A DNA stretch of 32,000 bases from assembly GCA_964536865.1 (NCBI GenBank), contig CAZHYN010000015.1:10428-42427 (forward strand), in the 5' to 3' direction. The stretch is from an uncultured Planctomycetia bacterium. Lineage in GTDB: Bacteria; Omnitrophota; Gorgyraeia; Duberdicusellales; 4484-171. The notes under the pieces are model-generated. The model had not been told where the DNA came from, did no database searches, and saw nothing but the letters and a program-made list of their open reading frames with translations. Made by a program: the position numbers and the translations under genes. Positions 1-8,622 of this stretch are shown here, one piece after another; position 1 is the stretch's first letter, and each line of letters opens with the position of its first letter.

Positions 1-2
1 CT

Positions 3-620
3 CCTGAAGAGCTTCATAGTTTTATGAAGGGGTATCTTGCTCAGATAAAAGGTATAAAAGGAATTTCTAAGATTAGCATCCAGACAGGTACAACCCATGG
101 AGGAGTAGTATTGCCGGATGGTTCTATTGCTAAAGTAAAGATAGATTTTGATACTTTAAAACTTCTTTCGGAAATTGCCCGTAGAGATTACAAGATGGCA
201 GGAGCAGTACAACACGGAGCTTCTACACTTCCTAATGAAGCTTTTCATCGTTTCCCCGAGGTAGGATGTGCAGAAATACATTTAGCTACCCAATTTCAGA
301 ATATAGTATACGACTATCTACCTCTTTCTCTAAAAGAGGAGATCTATACATGGTTAAATGGAAACTGTGCTGAGGAGCGCAAACCCGATTGGACTGATGA
401 CCAATTTATATATAAGACCCGAAAGAAAGCTTTAGGCCCTTTTAAGAAAGAAATCTATTCTATCCCTAGAGAATTACGTGAGAAGATTTCAAATGTTTTA
501 GAGAAAGAGTTCCTTTTTCTTTTTGAGCAGCTTAGAATTCACAACACAAGAGATATAATAGAAGCTTATATTCACCCAGTAGTTATAAAGAAAGAAAAAA
601 GTATTTTTAATAAAAATTAA
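3..620 (+). CDS. class II fructose/ketose-bisphosphate aldolase family protein, C-terminal part (5' end outside window)
   Basis: The frame is open from the window edge. Motifs GTTHGG and AVQHGASTLP fit the GT(S/T)HG and HG(G/A)S(G/T)xP signatures of class II aldolases (PF01116 type). TAA stop at 618-620. Confidence 0.65.
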   Translation, partial: PEELHSFMKGYLAQIKGIKGISKISIQTGTTHGGVVLPDGSIAKVKIDFDTLKLLSEIARRDYKMAGAVQHGASTLPNEAFHRFPEVGCAEIHLATQFQNIVYDYLPLSLKEEIYTWLNGNCAEERKPDWTDDQFIYKTRKKALGPFKKEIYSIPRELREKISNVLEKEFLFLFEQLRIHNTRDIIEAYIHPVVIKKEKSIFNKN

Positions 621-740
621 TAGTTTTTTAACGATTGTTTTTTCTTTAACTTATTCAAGATTAATTACATATAATAATCATTTTATGTTTTTAAAAGAAG
701 AATATTGTTTTTTGATTTTATAAATACATTTCCCAATATC

Positions 741-748
741 AAGGAGGA
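741..748 (+). promoter_or_regulatory. Shine-Dalgarno sequence AAGGAGGA for the PqqD-like ORF
   Basis: AAGGAGGA ends 5 nt upstream of the ATG at 754. Confidence 0.6.
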
Positions 749-753
749 CGAAG

Positions 754-1071
754 ATGAAAAATATTTCGTTTCTAGAAAAACAGTTTATTCCTAATGAGGA
801 AGTTCTCTCTTTTCGAGAATTTGATGGAGAGATAGTTTTTCTTCATAAAGACGAGAGAAATCTTTATGAGTTAAATAGAACTGCAAGTTTTATTTGAAAG
901 AAATTGGTTGAGGGAAAATTGGTAAAAGATATTATAGATGAGATGTATGAAAAGTATAGAAATGTTAGAATAAAGAATAGAAAAAGACGTGATATATTTT
1001 ATAAAGAATTTAGTGAAAAAGAAGATGCTTATCTCCAGAAAGTAAAACTCACCTATATTTTCAATACTTAA
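754..1071 (+). pseudogene. PqqD-family (RiPP recognition element-like) small protein interrupted by in-frame TGA at 895-897
   Basis: The translation MKNISFLEKQFIPNEEVLSFREFDGEIVFLHKDERNLYELNRTASFI[TGA]KKLVEGKLVKDIIDEMYEKY... follows the PqqD pattern (beta strands, then LN.ta..iW..l.g..tv.eii..l). The stop sits exactly where the conserved Trp is expected (TGG->TGA). The frame continues to TAA at 1069-1071. Confidence 0.6.
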
Positions 1072-1507
1072 AAAAGATAAAGATAGGAAATTCCCTTTAC
1101 ATTCCTTGTTACTTCAATGTTAATCCCAAAATTTGCACTCCAGTTTGAAAAGCTCTCTAACCATTCAAAATGTTATAGTTTACAGAATAGCTTTATATCA
1201 AAAAGATACAAAGGTAAATCTCCCAGCCCTTTATTTCTACGAATGAATTTTTTCTTATGAGAGATAAAGGACTGGGTCCTTCGGACAAATTTTCCCCGCC
1301 TGCTAAAAGCATATGTAAGTATCGGCGGGCAGGCCTGCCTACCGTCAGGCAGGTAATGAAAAATTTGGGTTAAATAAAATTATTTACAATTTTATTAGAT
1401 ATATTATCTTATGGAATGAGAGTTTATTTTTACTTGGTAGGTATGTAAAAATACGTCTCTTTGCGATAGTTTTTAAGATATAGGATCATATCTGGCGTGT
1501 TGCCTCA

Positions 1508-1967
1508 TTAATAAATGTTAGTGAAAGGATATTTAAACACAAAGAGCATTTTTATTGTTGAGAGCAAATATCTTTCTAAGTTTTTCTCTATAGCGCGCCT
1601 TAATTGAAAAAGGTTAAACCCTTTCATTTGCTTTTTAAGTATCCGTTTAACAGAGGTTGATACATAGGTAGATTCTAATACCCTCTGGTAAGGTGTCTTT
1701 GATTTATCATAACGCTTAATAACCTTAGAGGCAACTCTTTTTTAGCAACTTAACCGAAGGAGAGAAGAAGTCGTGATACAGCCTCCACTCAGAAGTGTAT
1801 AAATCGTTCATTGGAGCAACTACCTCTGGATTATCTAATCTTTCATAACCAAGCCATTGCTTTAGGTGTGTCCAGTTCTTCTGCTCTATATGACAGTTGT
1901 CTTGCTTTTGGTAAGATCTGCTTCTGGTAAACTGGATAAGATTCTTTCTCTGGGTAATCGGTAACAT
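1508..1967 (-). pseudogene. rve-type DDE transposase/integrase remnant, N-terminally truncated and frameshifted
   Basis: ORF 1725..1967 reads ...IQFTRSRSYQKQDNCHIEQKNWTHLKQWLGYERLDNPEVVAPMNDLYTSEWRLYHDFFSPSVKLLKK, the C-terminal part of an integrase core. After its stop the homology continues in another frame (1723 down to 1508): VIKRYDKSKTPYQRVLESTYVSTSVKRILKKQMKGFNLFQLRRAIEKNLE. A stop lies immediately upstream of the Met at 1967, and the catalytic N-terminal two thirds are absent. Confidence 0.65.
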
Positions 1968-2259
1968 TATTTATGAGTCAACGAAACAAATTTGATTTAA
2001 TTTGGATAACATTTAATAATATGAATTAATTCGCTATACCATTTTCTCTTGCATTTTGTAGCTTTTTTGATAGATTATTTATTAGAATAATTAATAAAAA
2101 TGATAATTTTCAAAATGTTTTTTCAGTAGGAATTATTTAGAAAATTAGAAAAGGAGTTATTTGATGGTGTTTTCAAAGTAAGGGGCAGGTTTTGAAATTC
2201 TTAAAGATTTTTGTTTATTTTTTAATTATTTTTTTCATCTTTGGAGATAACTTTTATAG

Positions 2260-2954
2260 TTGTGGTCCTGGAACAACGAGGGAACCGATAGAAGAAATAA
2301 TTATTTTTGTCCGGAGAATAAGATAAGAGATGAAGCAACTAAGGCACCAGGTGGAGACTGGATTTTGACCTTAGACTGTGATGTTATTTTGGAAAAATGT
2401 TTTTCTCTAACTTCTTAAAAATAATAGGCATAGGTAATTTACTCTCTAACGTAGGAATGTTACAGCCAAAGATATTGAGACCGGATAAAGAGATAATCTA
2501 TTCTTATGGAATATATCTTTCTAGTTAGTGAAAGTTTTATGATATTGACAGAGGTAGGAAGGATTGTGAGAACTTTAATATATCAGAACATATTTTCGAA
2601 GCCTGTTCTTCTCGTACTTTTTATAATCGCAAAATGCTTGAGAACACAAAAGAGATAATTGGATATTTTGATGAGAGGTTTTTCTTTTTAGTAGAGGATG
2701 TAGATTTAGCTTGGCGGGTACAGAGAAAAGGATGGAAGGCAATCTACTATCCTCAGATAATTTGTTTTTACTGTGACAACAGCTCTGGTTTTGATAAGGA
2801 ATGTAGGCAGTACCTTTGTTTTTGCAATCAATACTACTCTATAGCCAAGAACCAAGGACTTAAGGATTATTTTAAAAAATTCTTACCTTTTCTGTTATAC
2901 GATATTCCCCGAATATTTTATTTAATTTTTACCAACTACTATATATATAATTAA
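2260..2954 (+). pseudogene. family 2 glycosyltransferase (GT2) pseudogene
   Basis: There are two frames of GT2-like sequence. The first is WSWNNEGTDRR...ENKIRDEATKAPGGDWILTLDCDVILEK (2263-2390, frame 1). The second is NVGMLQPKILRPDKEIIYSYGIYLSS[TAG][TGA]KFYDIDRGRKDCENFNISEHIFEACSSRTFYNRKMLEN...GYFDERFFFLVEDVDLAWRVQRKGWKAIYYP (frame 0, ending 2954). Tandem stops lie at 2526-2531, with a frame change between the two parts. Confidence 0.7.
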
Positions 2955-2963
2955 ATAATAGTT

Positions 2964-4172
2964 ATGAATGTTGAACTAATGAGAAAATTAGATTACTGGT
3001 TTGGTATACCCTTATGTTTTTTACTCACAGAGATAAATTATATTTTAAAATTGTTTTCCTCTAAAAAAAAGAAGACTATACATAAGAAATTTTTGTTTAT
3101 TAAATTATCTGAGATGGGTAGTATTATTTTAGCTTATCCCCTTATGAAGAAGATACAGAGAGAATATGAAGAAGCGCCGTTATTTTTCCTTACTTTCAAA
3201 AAAAATGCTCCTATTTTCCAGGTTTTGAATATAGTGCCACCTTCAAATGTTTTAACTATACGAGATGATACATTTTCTAAATTTCTCTTTGATACTCTAA
3301 AAGTAATTGTGAGAATAAGAAAAGAGAGTATAGATACAGTTTTTGATTTAGAATTTTTTTCTCGCTTTACAGCAATAGTAGCTTACTTAACTGGTGCTAA
3401 GATGAGAGTAGGGTTCTACAAATATAGATTTGAAGGATTATATCGAGGAAAAATTTTGACCAATAATGTTCAATATAATCCTCTATTACATATAAGTAAA
3501 ATGTATTTATCTTTTGCAGAAGCACTAAAATTAGAAGAGAAATTTACTCCCTGTCTTGAAAGAAAGGTCAACGATAGTGAATTAGTTCTACCTAATATTG
3601 ATTTACCTATAGAAGTAGAGGAGATGGTGTATAATAGATTAAAGAACTTAGGGATAGATGGTGATAAGAGGTTATTTCTTATTAATCCTGGGGAAGGGAA
3701 GCTCCCTTTAAGAGAATGGCCTATAGAAAATTTTATTAAATTATCTAAAATGCTTTTAGAAGATAAAAAAAATTATATTTTTATTGTAGGAAGTAAAGAG
3801 GCTGTTAAAAATGCAGAGAGATTATTTTGCGCTGTTAATAGTGAAAGATGTATAAGTCTGGCTGGTAAAACTAGTTTATTGGAACTATTAGCCCTTTTTA
3901 AAAAAGCTGATGTATTAATAGTCAATGATTGTGGGTTAGCACATCTGGGTTCTTTAACTTCAATAAAAAAAATTATTCTCTTTGGCCCGGAGAGTCCACA
4001 TATCTTTGGACCTTTAGATAGAAACAGCTATGTGATATATGTGAATTTACCATGTTCTCCTTGTTTTTCTGTATTTAACCATCGAAGTTCAGCTTGTAGA
4101 GATAATAAATGTCTTAAATTGATTAAGGCAGAAGAGATATATGATTTGGTAAAGAACCTTATAGGATTTTAA
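2964..4172 (+). CDS. family 9 glycosyltransferase (heptosyltransferase-like)
   Basis: The C-terminal half reads LINPGEGKLPLREWPIENFIKLSKML...IVGSKEA...LAGKTSLLELLALFKKADVLIVNDCGLAHLGS...LFGPESP. This matches the GT9 pattern (K.WP...f..L, LaGktsL.el.ali..a.l.v.nDsG.mHla, lFGpt.p). The 402-aa ORF is intact. Confidence 0.75.
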   Translation: MNVELMRKLDYWFGIPLCFLLTEINYILKLFSSKKKKTIHKKFLFIKLSEMGSIILAYPLMKKIQREYEEAPLFFLTFKKNAPIFQVLNIVPPSNVLTIRDDTFSKFLFDTLKVIVRIRKESIDTVFDLEFFSRFTAIVAYLTGAKMRVGFYKYRFEGLYRGKILTNNVQYNPLLHISKMYLSFAEALKLEEKFTPCLERKVNDSELVLPNIDLPIEVEEMVYNRLKNLGIDGDKRLFLINPGEGKLPLREWPIENFIKLSKMLLEDKKNYIFIVGSKEAVKNAERLFCAVNSERCISLAGKTSLLELLALFKKADVLIVNDCGLAHLGSLTSIKKIILFGPESPHIFGPLDRNSYVIYVNLPCSPCFSVFNHRSSACRDNKCLKLIKAEEIYDLVKNLIGF

Positions 4173-4202
4173 AATTTATCGAGTTGAAAAATTAAATCTC
4201 AG

Positions 4203-5097
4203 ATGAGATCAAAAGTTGGTATTGTCAGATATGAAGCGTATAGAGATGTAAAGCGCACAATAGAAAGAGTTTTAGAAAGTATAGATTGCCTTTCTTTTTT
4301 AAAAGAAAAAACTCTTCTTGAGTAAATATTTCAACAAGAAAAGATTGCAATGCAGCAACAATACTCATCCAGAGGTTGTCAGGGTAATAATTCAGATAGT
4401 TCGAGAATACGGTAGTGAACCATAAGTGGGAGATTCCTTTGCAGTGTTAGGTTTAACAAAAAAGGTTTTTGAGAATTGTGGAGTTAAGGAAGTTTGTCAA
4501 GAAGAAAATGTGAGATTAATCAATTTTGATACTTCCTTAATAGTTAAAAAGAAAATGGATGGCGAAATATTAAAAGAGATATTTTTACCACAGGAGGTTT
4601 TAGAGATTGATCTTCTATTATCATTACCAAAACACAAAACTCATAATTTTATGTTTTTTACAGGAGCACTGAAAAATCAGTTGGGAATTATTCCGGGTGC
4701 CCTAAAACCTAAAATTCATCAGATGGCGCCAAATATAATTGATTTTTCAAAAGCATTGGTAGATATTAACCTTGCAGTTAAGTTTAATCTTGCAGTTATG
4801 GAAGGCATAATAGGTCTTGAGGGAGCAATTCTTCTAATAGCCGTTCTTGAAAAAAGCAAATTTTGTAGTTGCAAGTTCTGATTTAGTAACCTTAGATACT
4901 TTTGTATAAATATGATTGATTTAGATTCCGATAAAACCGTAATAAATAAGATTGCAGAAAGGAGAAGTTTAGGAAGTACTGATTTAAATAATGACGTTGT
5001 AGGTGATTTTGATAGAATTAAGATGGTTAAATTTAGACCCGCACCTTTTAATATAGAGCAGATACCTATTTTTTCTAAAATTAAATTTAGAGTTTGA
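4203..5097 (+). pseudogene. DUF362 domain protein pseudogene (several frameshifts and an internal TAA)
   Basis: DUF362-like segments are spread over three frames. MRSKVGIVRYEAYRDV...KTLLE* stops at 4323-4325. It is followed by ..KYFNKKRLQCSNNTHPEVVRVIIQIVREYGSEP[TAA 4423-4425]VGDSFAVLGL...LPKHKTHNFMFFTGALKNQLGIIPG...KIH...LVDIN...MEGIIGLEG. The next piece is NFVVASSDLVTLDTFV in another frame. The last piece is MIDLDSDKTVINKIAERRSLGSTDL... Confidence 0.7.
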
Positions 5098-5109
5098 AGT
5101 GACGTTGCT

Positions 5110-5307
5110 ATGTCATTCATTTATAGAGAGAAATATACTAAGTGTGGAACCTGTCAGATAAGGTGTCCACCAGATGCAGTCGTTATTGCAAAGCATTTTA
5201 AGATCGATCAGAGAAAATATATAAAATATTTCTCTTGTGTTGAGAATTGTCCAGAAGAAGTTATAAAAATCAGAGTACTTTTATATTTAAAACTCTTTAT
5301 AAAATAA
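5110..5307 (+). pseudogene. degenerate 2x[4Fe-4S] ferredoxin-like ORF (probable decayed C-terminal module of the DUF362 gene)
   Basis: Two CxxCxxCxxxCP-type motifs are recognisable, but Tyr replaces the expected Cys at Y9 (TAT 5134-5136), Y37 (5218-5220) and Y40 (5227-5229). The motifs read [Y]TKCGTCQIRCP and [Y]IK[Y]FSCVENCP. Confidence 0.5.
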
Positions 5308-5338
5308 ACACAAGGCACTTACAAAGAATTAATAATAT

Positions 5339-6910
5339 GTGTTGTTATCTATGAGGCTGGTCAAAAATCAAAAAATTTCAATGGTTCTTTTTTTGATTTT
5401 AATTTTTAGTTTTTTCTTGAGAATTTATAGAATAGATTATCATAGAGTTTGGTATGATGAAGTCAGATCCATTGCTACCGCAGAGAAAATATCAAGTAAG
5501 GAAGGATTTTTTGCCTATTATAAGCCTCTATATTTTTTAATTTTAAAATTATGGATTAATCTTTTTGGGATAGATGTGACACTTTTAAGGTTGCTCTCGG
5601 TAATATTTGCTATTATTTCAATTATATTTATCTACCGAATTGGTTGTCTCATTATTAATTCAAGATTAGGAATAATTAGTGCTTTTCTTCTGAGCATATC
5701 CTGTTTTCATATCTATCATAGTCAGCAAGTGCGTCATTTTACTTTTTTGGTAATGCTTTGTGTTTTATCTTATTTTTATCTCTTGAAAATTTGGCAAGGT
5801 AGGAATAAATTTTTTTTATACAATACATTTTTGAATATTTTGATAATTTTCACCCATCCTTATGGTTTATCTGTGGTTTTGGCACAAAATCTGTGTATAT
5901 TTTTAGTCTTCAATAGAAAAAAAATAAAGAGGTGGTTTTCCTATCAAAGTATTATATTTTTGAGTTGTATCATCTGGTTTATCTTTTCAGATAGAGATAC
6001 TATGGTAAAGAATACATGGTGGATAAAAGTTCCTCATTTTAACAATATTATAGAGACGTTACATACATTTAGTTACGGAGGTCCAAGGTATGGATTAGAT
6101 GATTTTCAAATTGTCTTTAATTTCCCCATAATTATTAATTTAATCTTTCTAATTTTTGCTGTATTTTTAATCTTCGGATCTATTAAGCTTTTTGGAAAAC
6201 ATAGAAGGGCATTTTATTTTCTCTTAGGCTGGTTGATTATTCCTATCCTTAGTGCTTATATCTTTTCTTTATTATTTTTTCCTGTCTATTTAATAAAACA
6301 TCTTATTATATGCTTACCAGCATTTTATCTTTTAGTTGGAGTAGGTATTTGTGAACTGAGAAGAAAATTATTGGTTTGTTTAGTAGTTGTTTCTATATTT
6401 TTATTGAACATTTATCCGTTAAAGGTTATTTATGTTGAGGACTATAGTATCGATTGGGAAAAAGCTACGGAGTTTCTTAAAAATAATATAAAACCTTTTG
6501 ATGCTATTTTAATTTCTCCAGTTTGTCAGTTGAATAGTTTTCTTTATTATTTTCGCCCACATAAGCGAGGTTTTCTTAAGGACTTAGATACATATGGCAA
6601 AGTTTTAAATGGCAATATTGTAGAGGTATTTAAGGAGAGAGATAATTTGATCTTGGGGCTAAAACAGAACCAGAATAGAAATATAGCAGATTTTAAAAAA
6701 GAGATATTAGAGAAGATCAATATACTAAAGAAGTATTTTGAGGGAGAGAATGTTTGGTTACTAGTTGACAGATGGACGGATCAGGGATCGGACGAAGAGA
6801 ATTTCCTTGTCCATACTTTTTCTAATGTTTACCATAAAGAAGACATGCAGAGATTTTACGGTATAAATGTATATAAGTTTAAAAACTATGAGATTTGCAC
6901 TGATTTTTAA
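5339..6910 (+). CDS. ArnT/PMT_2-like GT-C family membrane glycosyltransferase (GT39/GT83-like)
   Basis: The N-terminus is FFLRIYRIDYHRVWYDEVRS (first-loop DE motif of PMT_2/ArnT-type enzymes). Many hydrophobic segments follow, then a soluble C-terminal domain. The start is GTG 5339 or ATG 5351. Confidence 0.6.
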   Translation: MLLSMRLVKNQKISMVLFLILIFSFFLRIYRIDYHRVWYDEVRSIATAEKISSKEGFFAYYKPLYFLILKLWINLFGIDVTLLRLLSVIFAIISIIFIYRIGCLIINSRLGIISAFLLSISCFHIYHSQQVRHFTFLVMLCVLSYFYLLKIWQGRNKFFLYNTFLNILIIFTHPYGLSVVLAQNLCIFLVFNRKKIKRWFSYQSIIFLSCIIWFIFSDRDTMVKNTWWIKVPHFNNIIETLHTFSYGGPRYGLDDFQIVFNFPIIINLIFLIFAVFLIFGSIKLFGKHRRAFYFLLGWLIIPILSAYIFSLLFFPVYLIKHLIICLPAFYLLVGVGICELRRKLLVCLVVVSIFLLNIYPLKVIYVEDYSIDWEKATEFLKNNIKPFDAILISPVCQLNSFLYYFRPHKRGFLKDLDTYGKVLNGNIVEVFKERDNLILGLKQNQNRNIADFKKEILEKINILKKYFEGENVWLLVDRWTDQGSDEENFLVHTFSNVYHKEDMQRFYGINVYKFKNYEICTDF

Positions 6911-8393
6911 TCCATTTAAATACAAAATTCATGAAGAGAATATAAGAATTGTCCAAAAATATTTTGGTCTTTTTCCACCTTTAAGTATTAGTTGGGTAGC
7001 TTCTATCGCCGAAAAAGCAGGACATAAAGTAATAATTGTAGATGCAAGAACTTTAAAACTTACTATGGCAGAAACGTTAGATATATTAAAAAAATTTAAA
7101 CCCGATATCATGGGTTTTATGATGACAACATATATGTTTCCTGATACTTTAACTTGGATCAGATTTTTGAAGAAGCATTTGAAAATTCCTGTAGTAATAG
7201 GAGGATATAATTTAAGAATTTATCCTAAAGAATCCGTTTCCCATCCAGAGATAGAGTTTGGAGTGGTTGAACATGCTTATTATACAATTCCTGCTCTTTT
7301 TAGAGAGTTAGAAAAGGAAAGACCAAACTTTGATAATGTTCCAGGACTTGTTTACAAAAAAGATGGAAATATTTTTGTTACTCCTCATCCCCAAAAAATA
7401 GATTTTGATAAATTTCCTAATCCTGCAAGACATCTATTACCCAATGAATTATATGCTGAATTTCCTACAGAGAGAAGGAATTTCACTGTGATGGTTACCT
7501 CTTTAGGATGTCCCTTCGGGTGTACATTCTGTGAGGCGGGAAGAACTCCTTATTCGCCTCGTTCCCCAGAAACCGTTGTTAGGGAAATGGAGGAATGTTA
7601 CTATAAGTATAATATTAGAGAAATAGATATTTTTGATTATGAATTTACAGGAATAAGAGAACGAGTGCTAAAAATATGTAAGTTATTACAGGAGAGAAAG
7701 TTGGATATTATTTGGGCCTGCCGTTCTCGAGTAGATACAGTAGATGGTGAACTACTACAGGAAATGAAAAAAGCAGGCTGTAGTAGGATATATTTTGGAT
7801 TGGAGTCGGGTAATCAAGAGATACTTAATAAAGTAAATAAAGGAATAACCCTTAAACAGATACGAGACACGATAGGAATATGTCGAGATTTAGGAATAAA
7901 ATCTTTGGGGTTTTTTCTGATAGGCGCACCTGGAGACACTAGAGAAACAGTAAAAGAGACTTTAAATTTTGCTAAGAGTTTGGATTTAGATTATGTTCAA
8001 TTTTCAAAATGTTTAGCTAAGCCTTTGACTCCTTTGTGGAAACAAATGGTTGAAAACACTGGAAAGGATTATTGGAAAGATTGGATATTGGGCAAAGAGA
8101 TAGATAGATCCTTACCAAGACCATGGACAAGTCTTACAAATAGAGAGATCGATAAATTAGCTAAGTGGGCCTATGTTTCCTATTATTCAAATCCACGCCG
8201 TCTTCTGAAATCTGTTTTAGGAGTTCGCTCCTTCTCAGAATTTAAAAGGAAATTTTTTGCCTTTGTAGATATGGTTTTTTCGCAGGAAAAAGTAGCTAAT
8301 GAAGATGTAAATTTCGAGGCTTTTAATGAAAATTTAAAGAGCACTATTCACATATGTAAAAAGAGACTAAAGGAGGCTTTTTTAAAGGAATAA
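6888..8393 (+). CDS. B12-binding domain radical SAM protein (class B type)
   Basis: The N-terminal B12-binding-like domain reads KAGHKVIIVDARTL...PDIMGFMMTTYMF...IPVVIGGYNL. It is followed by GCPFGCTFC (CxxxCxxC) and YFGLESGNQEILNKVNKG. ATG 6888 (MRFALIFNP) is preferred over the track start 6867, and it overlaps the upstream gene by 23 nt. Confidence 0.85.
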   Translation: MRFALIFNPFKYKIHEENIRIVQKYFGLFPPLSISWVASIAEKAGHKVIIVDARTLKLTMAETLDILKKFKPDIMGFMMTTYMFPDTLTWIRFLKKHLKIPVVIGGYNLRIYPKESVSHPEIEFGVVEHAYYTIPALFRELEKERPNFDNVPGLVYKKDGNIFVTPHPQKIDFDKFPNPARHLLPNELYAEFPTERRNFTVMVTSLGCPFGCTFCEAGRTPYSPRSPETVVREMEECYYKYNIREIDIFDYEFTGIRERVLKICKLLQERKLDIIWACRSRVDTVDGELLQEMKKAGCSRIYFGLESGNQEILNKVNKGITLKQIRDTIGICRDLGIKSLGFFLIGAPGDTRETVKETLNFAKSLDLDYVQFSKCLAKPLTPLWKQMVENTGKDYWKDWILGKEIDRSLPRPWTSLTNREIDKLAKWAYVSYYSNPRRLLKSVLGVRSFSEFKRKFFAFVDMVFSQEKVANEDVNFEAFNENLKSTIHICKKRLKEAFLKE

Positions 8394-8399
8394 TTAACT

Positions 8400-8622
8400 G
8401 GGTTAAGACCAAAAAATATAAATTTAACACAATTTACCCTGGGAAAAGAACATGATATTATGAAAACCTACCTCCTTAAAAAAAGATATAATAATGAAGG
8501 TTGTCTAAGGAAAGGAGGTAGATATGCAAGGTTTAGAAAGAGTAAAAAGGTTTAGGTATTTTTCCACCATAGGTGGATCCTTCGCCTGAGGCGAATCCAC
8601 CTCTGGTGGAACCTCTGGTGGA
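8400..8622 (+). ncRNA. candidate IS110 bridge-RNA / structured leader region (hypothetical)
   Basis: Several structures lie in this stretch: a 10-bp stem 8468-8477/8512-8521, the direct repeat AAGGTTTAG at 8528-8536 and 8547-8555, alternating TCCACC/GGTGGA arms at 8563-8622, and hairpin TTCGCC-TGA-GGCGAA at 8581-8595. IS110-group elements are known to encode a bridge RNA in the 5' non-coding end. Confidence 0.3.
8581..8610. repeat. 30-nt GC-rich double hairpin, copy 1 (TTCGCC-TGA-GGCGAA + TCCACC-TCT-GGTGGA)
   Basis: Two abutting 6-bp stems with 3-nt loops lie 12 nt upstream of the transposase ATG. Confidence 0.7.

Noticed and set aside
647-675. Sigma-70-like promoter (TATAAT at 670-675) upstream of the PqqD-like gene, and other hexamer matches
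   Set aside because: No acceptable -35 lies at proper spacing. TATAAT-like strings are too frequent in this AT-rich sequence to be informative.
895-897. TGA read as Trp or Gly (genetic code 4 or 25), which would make the PqqD-like ORF intact
   Set aside because: TGA clearly terminates several well-supported genes in this window (10806-10808, 12307-12309, 20098-20100, 29232-29234). Trp is encoded by TGG throughout the long ORFs. Neighbouring genes carry TAA/TAG stops and frameshifts, so ordinary pseudogenisation is the simpler explanation.
895-940. Selenocysteine recoding of the TGA in the PqqD-like gene
   Set aside because: No convincing SECIS-like hairpin lies immediately downstream of the TGA. 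The family-conserved residue at this position is Trp, not Cys or Sec.
1117-1260. 47-codon ORF (MLIPKFALQFEKLSNHSKCYSLQ...) downstream of the PqqD-like gene as a possible RiPP precursor peptide
   Set aside because: It has no Shine-Dalgarno sequence, no Cys/Ser/Thr-rich core or recognisable leader motif, and lies in a region of mobile-element debris. Its length is what chance would give.
4719-5120. 133-aa minus-strand ORF
   Set aside because: It is antisense to the DUF362 pseudogene, whose homology on the plus strand explains the region. No motifs were found.
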